A stretch of DNA of 64,000 bases, taken from an uncultured Planctomycetota bacterium. Lineage in GTDB: Bacteria; Planctomycetota; PLA2; JAEUHO01. How positions within the stretch are numbered: the stretch's first letter is position 1; each line of letters begins with the position of its first letter. The translations under genes were made by a program, and so were the position numbers. Positions 55,652 through 64,000 of this stretch are shown piece by piece. Under the pieces are notes generated by a model. It was given only the letters and a program-made list of their open reading frames with translations. It ran no database searches and had not been told where the DNA came from. Location: NCBI GenBank assembly GCA_963752285.1, contig CAVVXN010000005.1:448001-512000 (forward strand), in the 5' to 3' direction.

Positions 55652-56407
55652 CTAGCGCTGGTGGATCTCGAAGCCGACGACCTGCCAGGCGAGTCCGTCC
55701 CACTCGCACTTGATGCGTGCGTCACCCGTTCCCTTCTCGAACGGGACCTCGAACTGGGCGACCACATGGCCTCCTTCGACGTCCTCCAGGGCCTGGAACT
55801 TCGGCGAACGCATGTTCCCCATCCGTGTGCGGAACGCGTCCATGTCGGTCTGGAACTTCTCGGCGGGCCACACCTTCTGGAGCGCGCTCGAGAAGCGCTG
55901 ATAGAGGGCCACGATCTGCTGGCGCTGGAGCAGACCCAGCAGCTCCTCGCCGAGCGGCTGGACGAGGGCCCGGTCGGCCTTCGGCGCGAGCTGCTCCGGG
56001 ATCACGACCTTGAAGCCGAGGAGCTTCCAGGCCCCGTCCTCCTTCACGAAGTCGAAGTCGCCCTTCGTCTCTCCGCGCTCGTACGCGAGGGTGAGGTGCA
56101 CGACCCCCGTCGTGCCGGACGACGTGGACGTGGAGGCGCCGGCGCCGGTGGTCGCCGTCACGCGCTGGAAGGCGCCGAGCGCCGTGTGCCGGAACGCCAC
56201 GTAGCGCTCGAAGTCGTCCCGGGAGGTCGCCTCGCGGAACTTCGACGAGGCCGCGGCGTAGACGTCGGCGACCGCGCCGGTATCGAGCTGGTGCAGGAGG
56301 TCCTCGGCCAGGGGGCGCAGCTCCTTCGAGGTCTTGTTCACCAGGAACGCGACCGCCGCGATGCCGGCCACCACGACGACCAGGATCCCCACGAGGACCT
56401 TCTTCAT
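55652..56407 (-). CDS. Membrane-anchored protein with two tandem NTF2-like (DUF3887/DUF4019-like) domains
   Basis: N-terminal TM; repeated Y...S..F/L.....F......LG/MG and YERG/FEKG...WK/WQ..GF; host-like codon usage resumes. Confidence 0.75.
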   Translation of the reverse strand: MKKVLVGILVVVVAGIAAVAFLVNKTSKELRPLAEDLLHQLDTGAVADVYAAASSKFREATSRDDFERYVAFRHTALGAFQRVTATTGAGASTSTSSGTTGVVHLTLAYERGETKGDFDFVKEDGAWKLLGFKVVIPEQLAPKADRALVQPLGEELLGLLQRQQIVALYQRFSSALQKVWPAEKFQTDMDAFRTRMGNMRSPKFQALEDVEGGHVVAQFEVPFEKGTGDARIKCEWDGLAWQVVGFEIHQR

Positions 56408-56629
56408 GCCGACGCCTCCCGCCCCCGAGCCCGCGGCTCGCGGCCCGCGGTCATTCTGCCGTTCCAGAACGGCCGACACCAGACGCGACGTCCCGGACGC
56501 CTCGACGCCCGGCGTACGCGCCGCCGGACGCGGAGGCGGCGCCGCCGGGGGGCGCCGGTCGCGGTGCGGTGTCGGAGGTCCGGGGTTATCTGTCGTCGGT
56601 GTCGGACGGCGGCAGCGGAGCACGGGGCC

Positions 56630-56884
56630 ATGCGTTGCGCGATCCACGACGAGGTCCTGACGTCGAGACGCGCACGCGTCCGCTACGGCCTTCCGCGCTT
56701 CCCGGAGGGCTACCACGAGGCGGCCGCGCGGCTCTTCATGCACGGCGGCGCGTCCCCAGAGGGCGGCTGTCTCGTCGGGGAGGGGCCGGCGTTCGTGACG
56801 ATCGACGTGTGCCCGCGGTGCGAGGAGGCGCGTCGGGCCTGGCTCCGCGACCACGAGGACGTGGACCGCGCGGGTCCCCGCTGA
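56630..56884 (+). CDS. Small putative zinc-binding protein (84 aa)
   Basis: CAIH...YGLP...GGC...CPRC pattern. Confidence 0.65.
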   Translation: MRCAIHDEVLTSRRARVRYGLPRFPEGYHEAAARLFMHGGASPEGGCLVGEGPAFVTIDVCPRCEEARRAWLRDHEDVDRAGPR

Positions 56885-56893
56885 GCACGTGGG

Positions 56894-59530
56894 TCACTCG
56901 CGCCAGGGACGCTGTTCCTCGTAGGCCTGCAGGTGCTCGCGGAGCGCCGAGGCGAGGCCCGCGCGGTCGCCCTTCGCGAGCAAGAGCGCCTGCCGGATGG
57001 TTGCCACGGCCTGTGCGAAGTGGCTCGTCTCGGCGAGCGACGCGGCGAGGGCGTCCAGGGCTTCGACGCTTCGGCCGCGGGTCATCTGCGCGGCGGACCG
57101 CGCGAGCTCGAGCGCGCGGACCCCGTCGCGGTCGGCCGCGTCCTCCGTGGTCGCGAGCGACCACGCCAGCATCGCGCGGGGCTTCGGGTCGTCCGGGCGA
57201 TCCGCGACCAAGGCCTCCAGGTGCGGACGCGCCTCCTTCGCGTGTCCGCCGCGCGTCAGCGCTTCGACGAGGAGCGCGTGGACGTCGTCGTCGTCGGGCT
57301 TCGCCGCGAGCGCCTTCTCGAGCTCCCGGCGCGCATCGCCGAGCCGACCGCGCTCCAGGAGCACCGACGCCAGGTTCTTGAGCGCGACCACGTAGGTGGG
57401 ATCGACCTCGAGGGCCAGCCGGAGGTGCCGTTCGGCCTCGTCGAACTCGTGGCGGCGGGCGAGGAGCATGCCGAGGTCGTTGTGCGCCACGGGGTCGGAC
57501 GGATTCACCTCCAGGGCCTTCGTCCACGCGCCGAGGGCCTCGTCGCCGGACCCCGTCGCCGCGTAGGCGAGCCCGAGGTTGACGCGCGCCTCGAAGTTCT
57601 CCGGGTCGAGCGCGAGGGCCTTCTCGTACATCGGGATCGCCTCGGCCGTCCGGCCCGTGTGGTCGTAGGCCATCGCCAGGTTGACGAGCGCGTGGCTGAA
57701 GTCGGGCTCCGCCGCGATCGCCTTCTCGAGGAGCGGGATCGCCTCCTTCCATCGGTGCTCGCTCGCGAGCGTCCAGCCCTGCTGGTAGTAGCGATGGTGC
57801 TGCGCGGCCGGGACCTCGATCGACTGGAGGTCGTCGAAGGACACGTTCACGAACTCGGGGATGTTGACGGCGCGGTTCGCCGCCGTCGTCCCGCGGAGAA
57901 GCAGGGCCGGGGTGTCGCGGCCGTCCTCGTCCACGTGGGTCAGGAAGAGCTGCGTGTACGGCGTGTTCTGCTTCGACGAGAACACCAGCCAACGTCCGTT
58001 GGGGGACCACGAGTGCCAGGAGTTCATCACCTCCTGATTGCAGCGCATGACGCGCGGCTTTCCGCCCTCGTACGGCACGATCACGAGCCGGCCGTCGGGC
58101 CGCATCAGCAGGCCGTTTCGGCAGCGCGTGTAGACGATCCACCGCCCGTCCGGGGACACCTTCGGGAACGTGTTGCTCATCCCGTTCCGGGACGCGCCTT
58201 CCACGGGTGTGGGGGTGCCGCCGCGGCCCTCGTTGAACGGGATGCGGTAGAGGTCGTAGTGGACCTGCGCCTCGTTCGGGTCGTTCGGGTGGGTCGCGAG
58301 GGGCCGGCCCTCGACGTACGGGTCCTGGGCGGGCGCACGGCAGAAAAGGAGCTCCTTGCCGTCGGGAGACCAGTCGGCCGCGCAGTGGACGTAGGCCGGG
58401 TCGTCGGCGCCCGGCAGCGCCCGCATGGTCTTCTTCGCACGGTCGTAGACCGCCAGGATGCCGCGTGTGGGGAAGAACACCTGCAGGAACTTGTAGTTGG
58501 TGAAGTTCGCCACGTACAGCGACTCGTTGACCGTCGTGACCACGTACCGGCCGTCGGGGGACACCCGGGAGAGGAAGCCGATCGTTCGGTGCCCCTTCGG
58601 CTTGTCGGGGAAGTCGTTCCATGTGATCACGTCGTCGTAGTCGATGCGCGTGTCCTTCTGGAGCCGTGTGATCGCGTAGGCGCCCTTGTCGCCCTGAGGA
58701 CCGTCCACGTCCATCGCCAGGGTCTTCCCGTCGCGCGAGAACGAGTGGCAGTTCGCGCACGACGGCATGCCCGAGAGGAGCAGGCGGCTCCGGCGCGTCG
58801 CGAGGTCGTAGAGGCGCCAGCCGATGATCGGGATCGCCTTCGGCCCGAGGGGCTGGATCTTCCCCGCCTCCCCGACGGACGGCATGAGCGGCACGTCGCG
58901 GTAGAAGACCGGCGCGCCCACGGGGTCGGCGGACCACGCGACGTGGACCTCGCCGCGCGAGAGGGGCGCGCCGTCGGCGTCGAGGCCCGAGAGGACGATC
59001 GTCGCCCCGTCCGCGCCCGCGGCCTTCCGCATCGCCGCCCACACGTCGGGCGCCGGCGTCCACGACCGGGCCGACGCCTGGTAGGGCGTGGGCGTGTAGA
59101 GCGTGTTCGTGGGGCCGATCGCGCGCTCGTCCACCTCGCCCTTCGGCGGCGGGTCCCCCGGCACGAGGAGCGACATCCGCGTTTCGCCCTGCACGACGAG
59201 GTCCACGACGAACCGGGTCGCCTCGGCGTCGTCGTGCCAGAGGAAGGTGGGCGCGGCGAGGTCCGGCGGGAGGAGCGCGCCCTCGGGCGGGTCGTCCACC
59301 ACGAGCTTCGCGAGGGCCGGATCGGCGGGGCGCGCGCGCGCGAGGAGCGCGCGCTCGGCCGCGTCGTCGGGCGGGGGCAGTCGCTCGGTCCGGTCGAGCA
59401 CCGGGTTGCCGGCGGCGGAGGGGGCCTGCGGAGCGACGCCGGGTTCCTTGCCGCCGCAGGCGGCGAGCGCCAGCAGGGCGGGCAGGACGAGCAAAAGGAC
59501 CAGGAGCGAGGAGGGGAGGAACCGGCGCAT
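56894..59530 (-). CDS. Lipoprotein with a CxxCH motif, TolB-like (PD40) beta-propeller and TPR repeats
   Basis: Lipobox LAAC; CANCH; repeated SPDGR/WSPDGK/WSPNGR; C-terminal TPRs (A..NLG, KAL..DP). Confidence 0.88.
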   Translation of the reverse strand: MRRFLPSSLLVLLLVLPALLALAACGGKEPGVAPQAPSAAGNPVLDRTERLPPPDDAAERALLARARPADPALAKLVVDDPPEGALLPPDLAAPTFLWHDDAEATRFVVDLVVQGETRMSLLVPGDPPPKGEVDERAIGPTNTLYTPTPYQASARSWTPAPDVWAAMRKAAGADGATIVLSGLDADGAPLSRGEVHVAWSADPVGAPVFYRDVPLMPSVGEAGKIQPLGPKAIPIIGWRLYDLATRRSRLLLSGMPSCANCHSFSRDGKTLAMDVDGPQGDKGAYAITRLQKDTRIDYDDVITWNDFPDKPKGHRTIGFLSRVSPDGRYVVTTVNESLYVANFTNYKFLQVFFPTRGILAVYDRAKKTMRALPGADDPAYVHCAADWSPDGKELLFCRAPAQDPYVEGRPLATHPNDPNEAQVHYDLYRIPFNEGRGGTPTPVEGASRNGMSNTFPKVSPDGRWIVYTRCRNGLLMRPDGRLVIVPYEGGKPRVMRCNQEVMNSWHSWSPNGRWLVFSSKQNTPYTQLFLTHVDEDGRDTPALLLRGTTAANRAVNIPEFVNVSFDDLQSIEVPAAQHHRYYQQGWTLASEHRWKEAIPLLEKAIAAEPDFSHALVNLAMAYDHTGRTAEAIPMYEKALALDPENFEARVNLGLAYAATGSGDEALGAWTKALEVNPSDPVAHNDLGMLLARRHEFDEAERHLRLALEVDPTYVVALKNLASVLLERGRLGDARRELEKALAAKPDDDDVHALLVEALTRGGHAKEARPHLEALVADRPDDPKPRAMLAWSLATTEDAADRDGVRALELARSAAQMTRGRSVEALDALAASLAETSHFAQAVATIRQALLLAKGDRAGLASALREHLQAYEEQRPWRE

Positions 59531-59550
59531 GCCCCGAGACTACCCCTCGA

Positions 59551-60729
59551 TCAGCCTCCGCTGACGAGCACCTCCGCCTCGGCGCCCGGCGAAGCGTCGT
59601 CCTCCAGCTGGTCGAGGTAGCCCTCGGGCAGCGAGACGCGCTGCCGGCCGCCCGACTTCCCCCGCTTCACGCGGAGCGCCGCCTCCGGGAAGGGCAGGGC
59701 GGGATCCATCTCGGAGAGCAGCGCCTCGAGCTCCGACAGGCCCGCGACACGCGAGAGGCGCGCGCGGAGCGGCGCCGACGCGGGGAACGCCTTCGTGTAC
59801 CAGGCGCCGAACTTCCGCATCGTCCGGATGCCGTGCGGCTCGCCCCAGGCCTCGCACGCCAGCCGCGCGTGGCGGAGGAACACGCGAGCCACCTCGCCGA
59901 AGGCCGGGGGGACCTGGGGCTCGCGCCCGTCGAACACGTCGGCGAGGTCGCGGAAGAGCCACGGGCGGCCCAGACACCCGCGGCCGACGATCACGCCGTC
60001 GCAGCCCGTCTGGCGCATCATGCGAAGCGCGTCGAACGCCTCCCAGACGTCGCCGTTCCCGAGCACGGGCACCGACTTCACGTGGGCCTTCAGGTCGGCG
60101 ATCGCCGACCAGTCGGCCTCCCCGTCGTAGAGCTCCGCGGCCGTTCGCGCGTGGAGACCGACGGCCGCGCAGCCCTCCTCCTCGCCGATCCGACCCGCCT
60201 CGCGGTACGTGAGGAGGTCGTCGTCGATACCCTTGCGGAACTTGATCGTCACAGGCACCGGGCCCGCGCTCGCGACCACCGCACGGATGAGCCGGCGGAG
60301 GAGGTTCGGCTTGGCGGGGATGGCCGCGCCTCCGCCCTTCGACGTGACCTTCCGGACGGGGCAGCCGAAGTTCAGGTCCACGTGGTCCACGTGGCCCTCG
60401 CCCACGAGACGTCGCGTCGCCTCGCCGAGCGAAACCGGCTCCGTGCCGTAGAGCTGGATCGAGCGCGGATGCTCGTCGGGATGGAACGCCGCGAGCCGGA
60501 GCGTCTTCGGGTGCACCTCGACGAGGCCCCGCGCGGTGATCATCTCGCTCACGTAGAGCCCGGCGCCGTACGCGCGGCAGATCCGGCGGAACGGGTGGTT
60601 CGTGACGCCCGCCATGGGCGCCAGGACGACCGGGGGCCACACCGGGATCGGGCCGATCGCGAGCGGCCGGAACTCGCCCTCCCGGGCGACCGGAACGTCA
60701 CGGTTGAGCTCGGAGCGTGTGGCCGACAC
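59551..60729 (-). CDS. dusB: tRNA-dihydrouridine synthase B
   Basis: LAPMAGVT, SEM, QLYG, DLNFGCP, PVT.K.R.G, LHART, GNGD, GRG.LGRPW; start approximate. Confidence 0.93.
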   Translation of the reverse strand: MSATRSELNRDVPVAREGEFRPLAIGPIPVWPPVVLAPMAGVTNHPFRRICRAYGAGLYVSEMITARGLVEVHPKTLRLAAFHPDEHPRSIQLYGTEPVSLGEATRRLVGEGHVDHVDLNFGCPVRKVTSKGGGAAIPAKPNLLRRLIRAVVASAGPVPVTIKFRKGIDDDLLTYREAGRIGEEEGCAAVGLHARTAAELYDGEADWSAIADLKAHVKSVPVLGNGDVWEAFDALRMMRQTGCDGVIVGRGCLGRPWLFRDLADVFDGREPQVPPAFGEVARVFLRHARLACEAWGEPHGIRTMRKFGAWYTKAFPASAPLRARLSRVAGLSELEALLSEMDPALPFPEAALRVKRGKSGGRQRVSLPEGYLDQLEDDASPGAEAEVLVSGG

Positions 60730-60811
60730 GACGCGTCGGAGTGTACGTCGCCCGCCATGGTCCAATGCCGCGCCCGCGCGCGGGACGCGCGGGGGCCGCG
60801 ACGGAGCACGG

Positions 60812-61585
60812 ATGACGAACGCGAGGCGAAGCCGAGGGGCGGCGCGGCCGGCCGCCTCGGAACGGACGAAGCTGGTGGCGTCGGCGCGTCGGCGCCGCGG
60901 CGCGGCCGTGCGCGCGCTCGCGGCGCGGGAGCCGCGGTACCGGGACCTCCTCCGGCGCGTGGGCCCGCCGACCTTCGACCTCTATCCCTCGTCGTTCCAC
61001 TCCCTCGCGCGCGCGATCGCGTACCAGCAGCTTGCCGGGCACGCGGCCCGCGCCATCTGGGGTCGGGTCGAGGCGCGGCTCGGGCCCGAGGTCACCGCCG
61101 ACGCGATCCTTCGCGCCCGCTCCGCCACACTTCGCGCGGCCGGGCTCTCGACCGCGAAGATCGCGAGCGCGAAGGACCTCGCGCGGCACGTCCGGGACGG
61201 GCGCGTCGTGCCCGACCGGCTCGCCCTGCTCGACGACCCGTCCGTCGTCGCAACGCTTACGCAGGTCCGCGGCATCGGCCGGTGGAGCGCGGAGATGCAC
61301 CTGATCTTCGCGCTCGGCCGGCTCGACGTGTGGCCCTCGGCGGACCTCGGCGTGCGCAAGGGGCTCGCGCGCTGGCTCGGCCTCCCGGACGTCCCGACGC
61401 CCCGCGCCGCCGAGTCGCTCGGCGATCCCTACCGGCCGTACCGGACGCTCGTCGCGTGGTCGATGTGGCGGGTCCAGGAGACGAAGCTCTGGGACGAGGA
61501 GCGCCGCGAGGACGAGGCGGGCCGGACGTCGGTCGGACGCCGGCGCGGACGTCAACGGCCGGCGAGGCCCAGCTCCTCCGCGTGA
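60812..61585 (+). CDS. alkA: DNA-3-methyladenine glycosylase II (AlkA/HhH-GPD family)
   Basis: L.RAI.YQQL...AA..I, GLS..K, L..VRGIGRWSAEM.LIF.LGR.DV.P..DLG, PYRT. Confidence 0.9.
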   Translation: MTNARRSRGAARPAASERTKLVASARRRRGAAVRALAAREPRYRDLLRRVGPPTFDLYPSSFHSLARAIAYQQLAGHAARAIWGRVEARLGPEVTADAILRARSATLRAAGLSTAKIASAKDLARHVRDGRVVPDRLALLDDPSVVATLTQVRGIGRWSAEMHLIFALGRLDVWPSADLGVRKGLARWLGLPDVPTPRAAESLGDPYRPYRTLVAWSMWRVQETKLWDEERREDEAGRTSVGRRRGRQRPARPSSSA

Positions 61586-62115
61586 GGTCGGAGCGCGCCG
61601 ATCAGGAAGTCCACGTGCTCCGCGAGGTCCACGCCGAGGAGGTCGCAGCCGGCCTGGACCTCGGCGCGGTCCACCTTGGCCGCGAAGGACCGGTCCTTCA
61701 GCTTCTTCTTCACCGACTTCGAGCCGAGGCTCGCGATCCCGTCGGGGCGGACGAGGCAGCACGCGCCGATGAAACCCGTGATCTCGTCGCAGGCGAGGAG
61801 CGCCTTGTCGAGCGGCGTCTCCCAGGGCACGCCCCAGTGCGTGTAGTGCGCCGAGACCGCGTGGGCGATCTCGGGCTCGCCCCGCTCGCAAAGCCAGGCG
61901 ACGATGCGCTGCGGGTGGTCCTCGGGCCACTTCTCGTAGTCGGCGTCGTGGAGCATGCCCGCGACACCCCAGCGCTCGACGTCCGCCTCGCCGGCACCGT
62001 AGCGCGTGGCCGCGGCGCGCATCACGATCTCGACCGCCCGCGCGTGCTTGCGGAGCGCGTCCGTCTCGGTCCAGGTCTCGAGATGGGCCCAGGCCTCTTG
62101 GCGGGTGAGTCCCAT
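61552..62115 (-). CDS. HD-domain metal-dependent phosphohydrolase
   Basis: L.KH..AVE..M, GMLHD.DYE, H, ACDE..G, S.KKKLK...FA..V.R. Confidence 0.9.
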   Translation of the reverse strand: MGLTRQEAWAHLETWTETDALRKHARAVEIVMRAAATRYGAGEADVERWGVAGMLHDADYEKWPEDHPQRIVAWLCERGEPEIAHAVSAHYTHWGVPWETPLDKALLACDEITGFIGACCLVRPDGIASLGSKSVKKKLKDRSFAAKVDRAEVQAGCDLLGVDLAEHVDFLIGALRPHAEELGLAGR

Positions 62116-62137
62116 GGCCGCCTCCCGTCGGGCCGCG

Positions 62138-64000
62138 TCACACGGCCGTGCCGATGATGGCTTCGTTGTAGGCCTTGATGACGTCGTTCCGGTCGAGCGT
62201 CCCCACGGGACGCTGCGGGTCGGCCGGGTCCACGACGACGAGCGACGTCCGGTCGGCGCGGAACATGATGTTGATCGCCGCGAGGACCGTCTCGGAGGGG
62301 AGCACCGTCACGGCGGGCTTCTGGATGTCCCCGGCGATCACCAGGTTCTCGACGGCCGTCTCCGTGATCATGGCGCGCAGGACGTCGGCGTCGATCAACC
62401 CGGTCAGGTGGCCCTCGCCGTCCACGACGGGGAAGCAGACCTGGTTCGTCCAGCGGAAGGCGCGGATCAGCTCGCCAAACGTCGTCTCCACGTGGAAGAC
62501 CTCGAAGTCCTTCGCGGGGGGCGCGCCCATCGCGTCCTTGACGAGCAGGCGACGGAGGATCGCGCGCGCCATCGGGCCGACCTTGCTCGGCGCGTCGAGG
62601 CGGGAGGGGAGCTGCTGGCGGTACAGGGTGACGTTCCGGCAGAGCAGGAACGAGATCAGGCAGACGAGCATCGCGGGGACCAGTAGGTCGTAGTTCCCGG
62701 TCATCTCGCTGACCATGATGATGGTCGAGATCGGCGTGTTCGCGGCGCCCGCGAAGAAGCCGGCCATCCCGACCAGCGCGAACGCGCCCGGCTCCGCCGC
62801 CAGGTTCCCGGGAAGGAAGTGCTGCGCGAGGATCCCCACCGCGCCGCCGATGGCGCCGCCGACCACGACCGCGGGCCCGAACACGCCTCCGCTGCCCCCG
62901 CTGCCGATCGAGAACGCCGTCGTCGCGATCTTGCCGAGGGCGATGACGCCCAGGAGCACCGCCATCGTGACGGCCGGCGCCACGCCGCCGGGAAGCATGT
63001 TGCCGAGCTCGTGCGCGCTCGGGAGGTTCAGGATCCCGGGCCCCTTGCCCGCATCCTGGTTGAAGCACGCCTGGATCACGCCGTAGCCCGTGCCGAGCGC
63101 CTCGGGGAGGAAGAAGCCCACCATGCCCGTCAGCAGGCCGCCGATCGCGGGCTTGACGTGGTCCGGGATGCGCTTGAGCTTGTTGAAGAAGACGTTCCGC
63201 ACGCCGTAGAACGCCGACGTGTAGGCCCGGGCGCCGGCGGCGCAGATGACGCCGAGCACGGCGAACGGCACGAGCGAGAACACGTTCGTGTACACGTAGC
63301 TCGGCGTGACGAAGAGCGGGTGGAAGCCGTAGATGCTGCCGAAGACGCTGTACGCGATCACCGAGGTCACGAACGCGGGCACCAGGACCTCGTGCTCGAG
63401 GTCGGGCCCGCGGTACAGGACCTCGGCGGCGAAGAGCGCGCCGGCCAGCGGCGCGTGGAAGATCGCGCCCACGCCGGCGCCGAGGCCGGCGGCCATGAGG
63501 ATCCGGCGTTCCTCCGGACGGACGTGCATCCAGGCGCCGAGCATGGAGCCGAACCCGGAGCCGATCTGGGCGATGGGGCCCTCGCGGCCGCCCGAGCCGC
63601 CGGTGCCGATGGTCAGGGCCGAGGACAGCGCCTTCACGAAGGGCACGCGCGCTCGGACCGCGCCGTCACGGTAGTGGTAGGCCTCGATCGCGGCGTCGGT
63701 GCCGTGGCCCTCCGCCTCGGGAGCGAACGTGAAGACGAGCCAGCCCGAGAGGAGCCCCCCCGCGGTAGGGAGCGCGAGGAGCAGCCAGCGGATCGGCATC
63801 GCGTTCGCCGCGACGGCCGCGGCGACGAACGTGTTGCCCTCGAAGCCGGGCGACGCCGGGTAGTAGCCGGCGATCCCCCCGAGCAGGTAGGCGGTGCCGG
63901 CCTCGAGGACGACGAAGAACCCGGCGGCGCCGAGCCCCGCCACGATGCCGACCGCCACGCACATGAGGAGCATGCGCCGGAGTCCCGGCGCGCCGATCGG
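62138..64000 (-). CDS. ClC-family chloride channel/antiporter with C-terminal CBS pair (5' end at or beyond the window end)
   Basis: GHG, GGSGGREGP, GGVFGP, P......SEMTG.Y; CBS motifs FPVVD..G.L.G and VVVD. Confidence 0.95.
   Translation of the reverse strand, partial: PIGAPGLRRMLLMCVAVGIVAGLGAAGFFVVLEAGTAYLLGGIAGYYPASPGFEGNTFVAAAVAANAMPIRWLLLALPTAGGLLSGWLVFTFAPEAEGHGTDAAIEAYHYRDGAVRARVPFVKALSSALTIGTGGSGGREGPIAQIGSGFGSMLGAWMHVRPEERRILMAAGLGAGVGAIFHAPLAGALFAAEVLYRGPDLEHEVLVPAFVTSVIAYSVFGSIYGFHPLFVTPSYVYTNVFSLVPFAVLGVICAAGARAYTSAFYGVRNVFFNKLKRIPDHVKPAIGGLLTGMVGFFLPEALGTGYGVIQACFNQDAGKGPGILNLPSAHELGNMLPGGVAPAVTMAVLLGVIALGKIATTAFSIGSGGSGGVFGPAVVVGGAIGGAVGILAQHFLPGNLAAEPGAFALVGMAGFFAGAANTPISTIIMVSEMTGNYDLLVPAMLVCLISFLLCRNVTLYRQQLPSRLDAPSKVGPMARAILRRLLVKDAMGAPPAKDFEVFHVETTFGELIRAFRWTNQVCFPVVDGEGHLTGLIDADVLRAMITETAVENLVIAGDIQKPAVTVLPSETVLAAINIMFRADRTSLVVVDPADPQRPVGTLDRNDVIKAYNEAIIGTAV

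Overview
A very GC-rich bacterial chromosome segment, probably an uncultured Planctomycetota-like organism (inferred from gene types, not verified). Most of it is ordinary core genes: partial lipB, argG, tRNA-Arg(ACG), mpg, a pterin dehydratase, feoA-feoA-feoB behind a Fur-like palindrome, uvrB, an MBOAT O-acyltransferase locus, sdhCAB, a thiolase, surface-polysaccharide genes, pruA, purE, an M16 peptidase, galK, folE, dodecin, a GlcD-like oxidase, nth, dusB, alkA, an HD protein and a partial ClC channel. A decayed island (~49.6-55.6 kb) follows tRNA-Lys(CTT), with IS256 and IS21 remnants and two lower-GC cargo genes. Best novelty candidates: (1) a single-chain ThiF/MoeB protein built as active adenylation domain + TusA + inactive adenylation domain, resembling the eukaryotic E1 division of labour; (2) a non-canonical cbb3-type oxidase operon with an 865-aa multidomain cytochrome where CcoP would be; (3) a DUF1611-like gene translationally coupled to argG, a candidate alternative arginine-pathway acetyltransferase; (4) a ~230-nt non-coding element present twice (~722-944 and ~35802-36039); (5) a NifU-architecture protein that has lost its scaffold cysteines; (6) a tandem duplicated mini-secretin-like protein. 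All calls come from motif recognition by eye; no searches were run.
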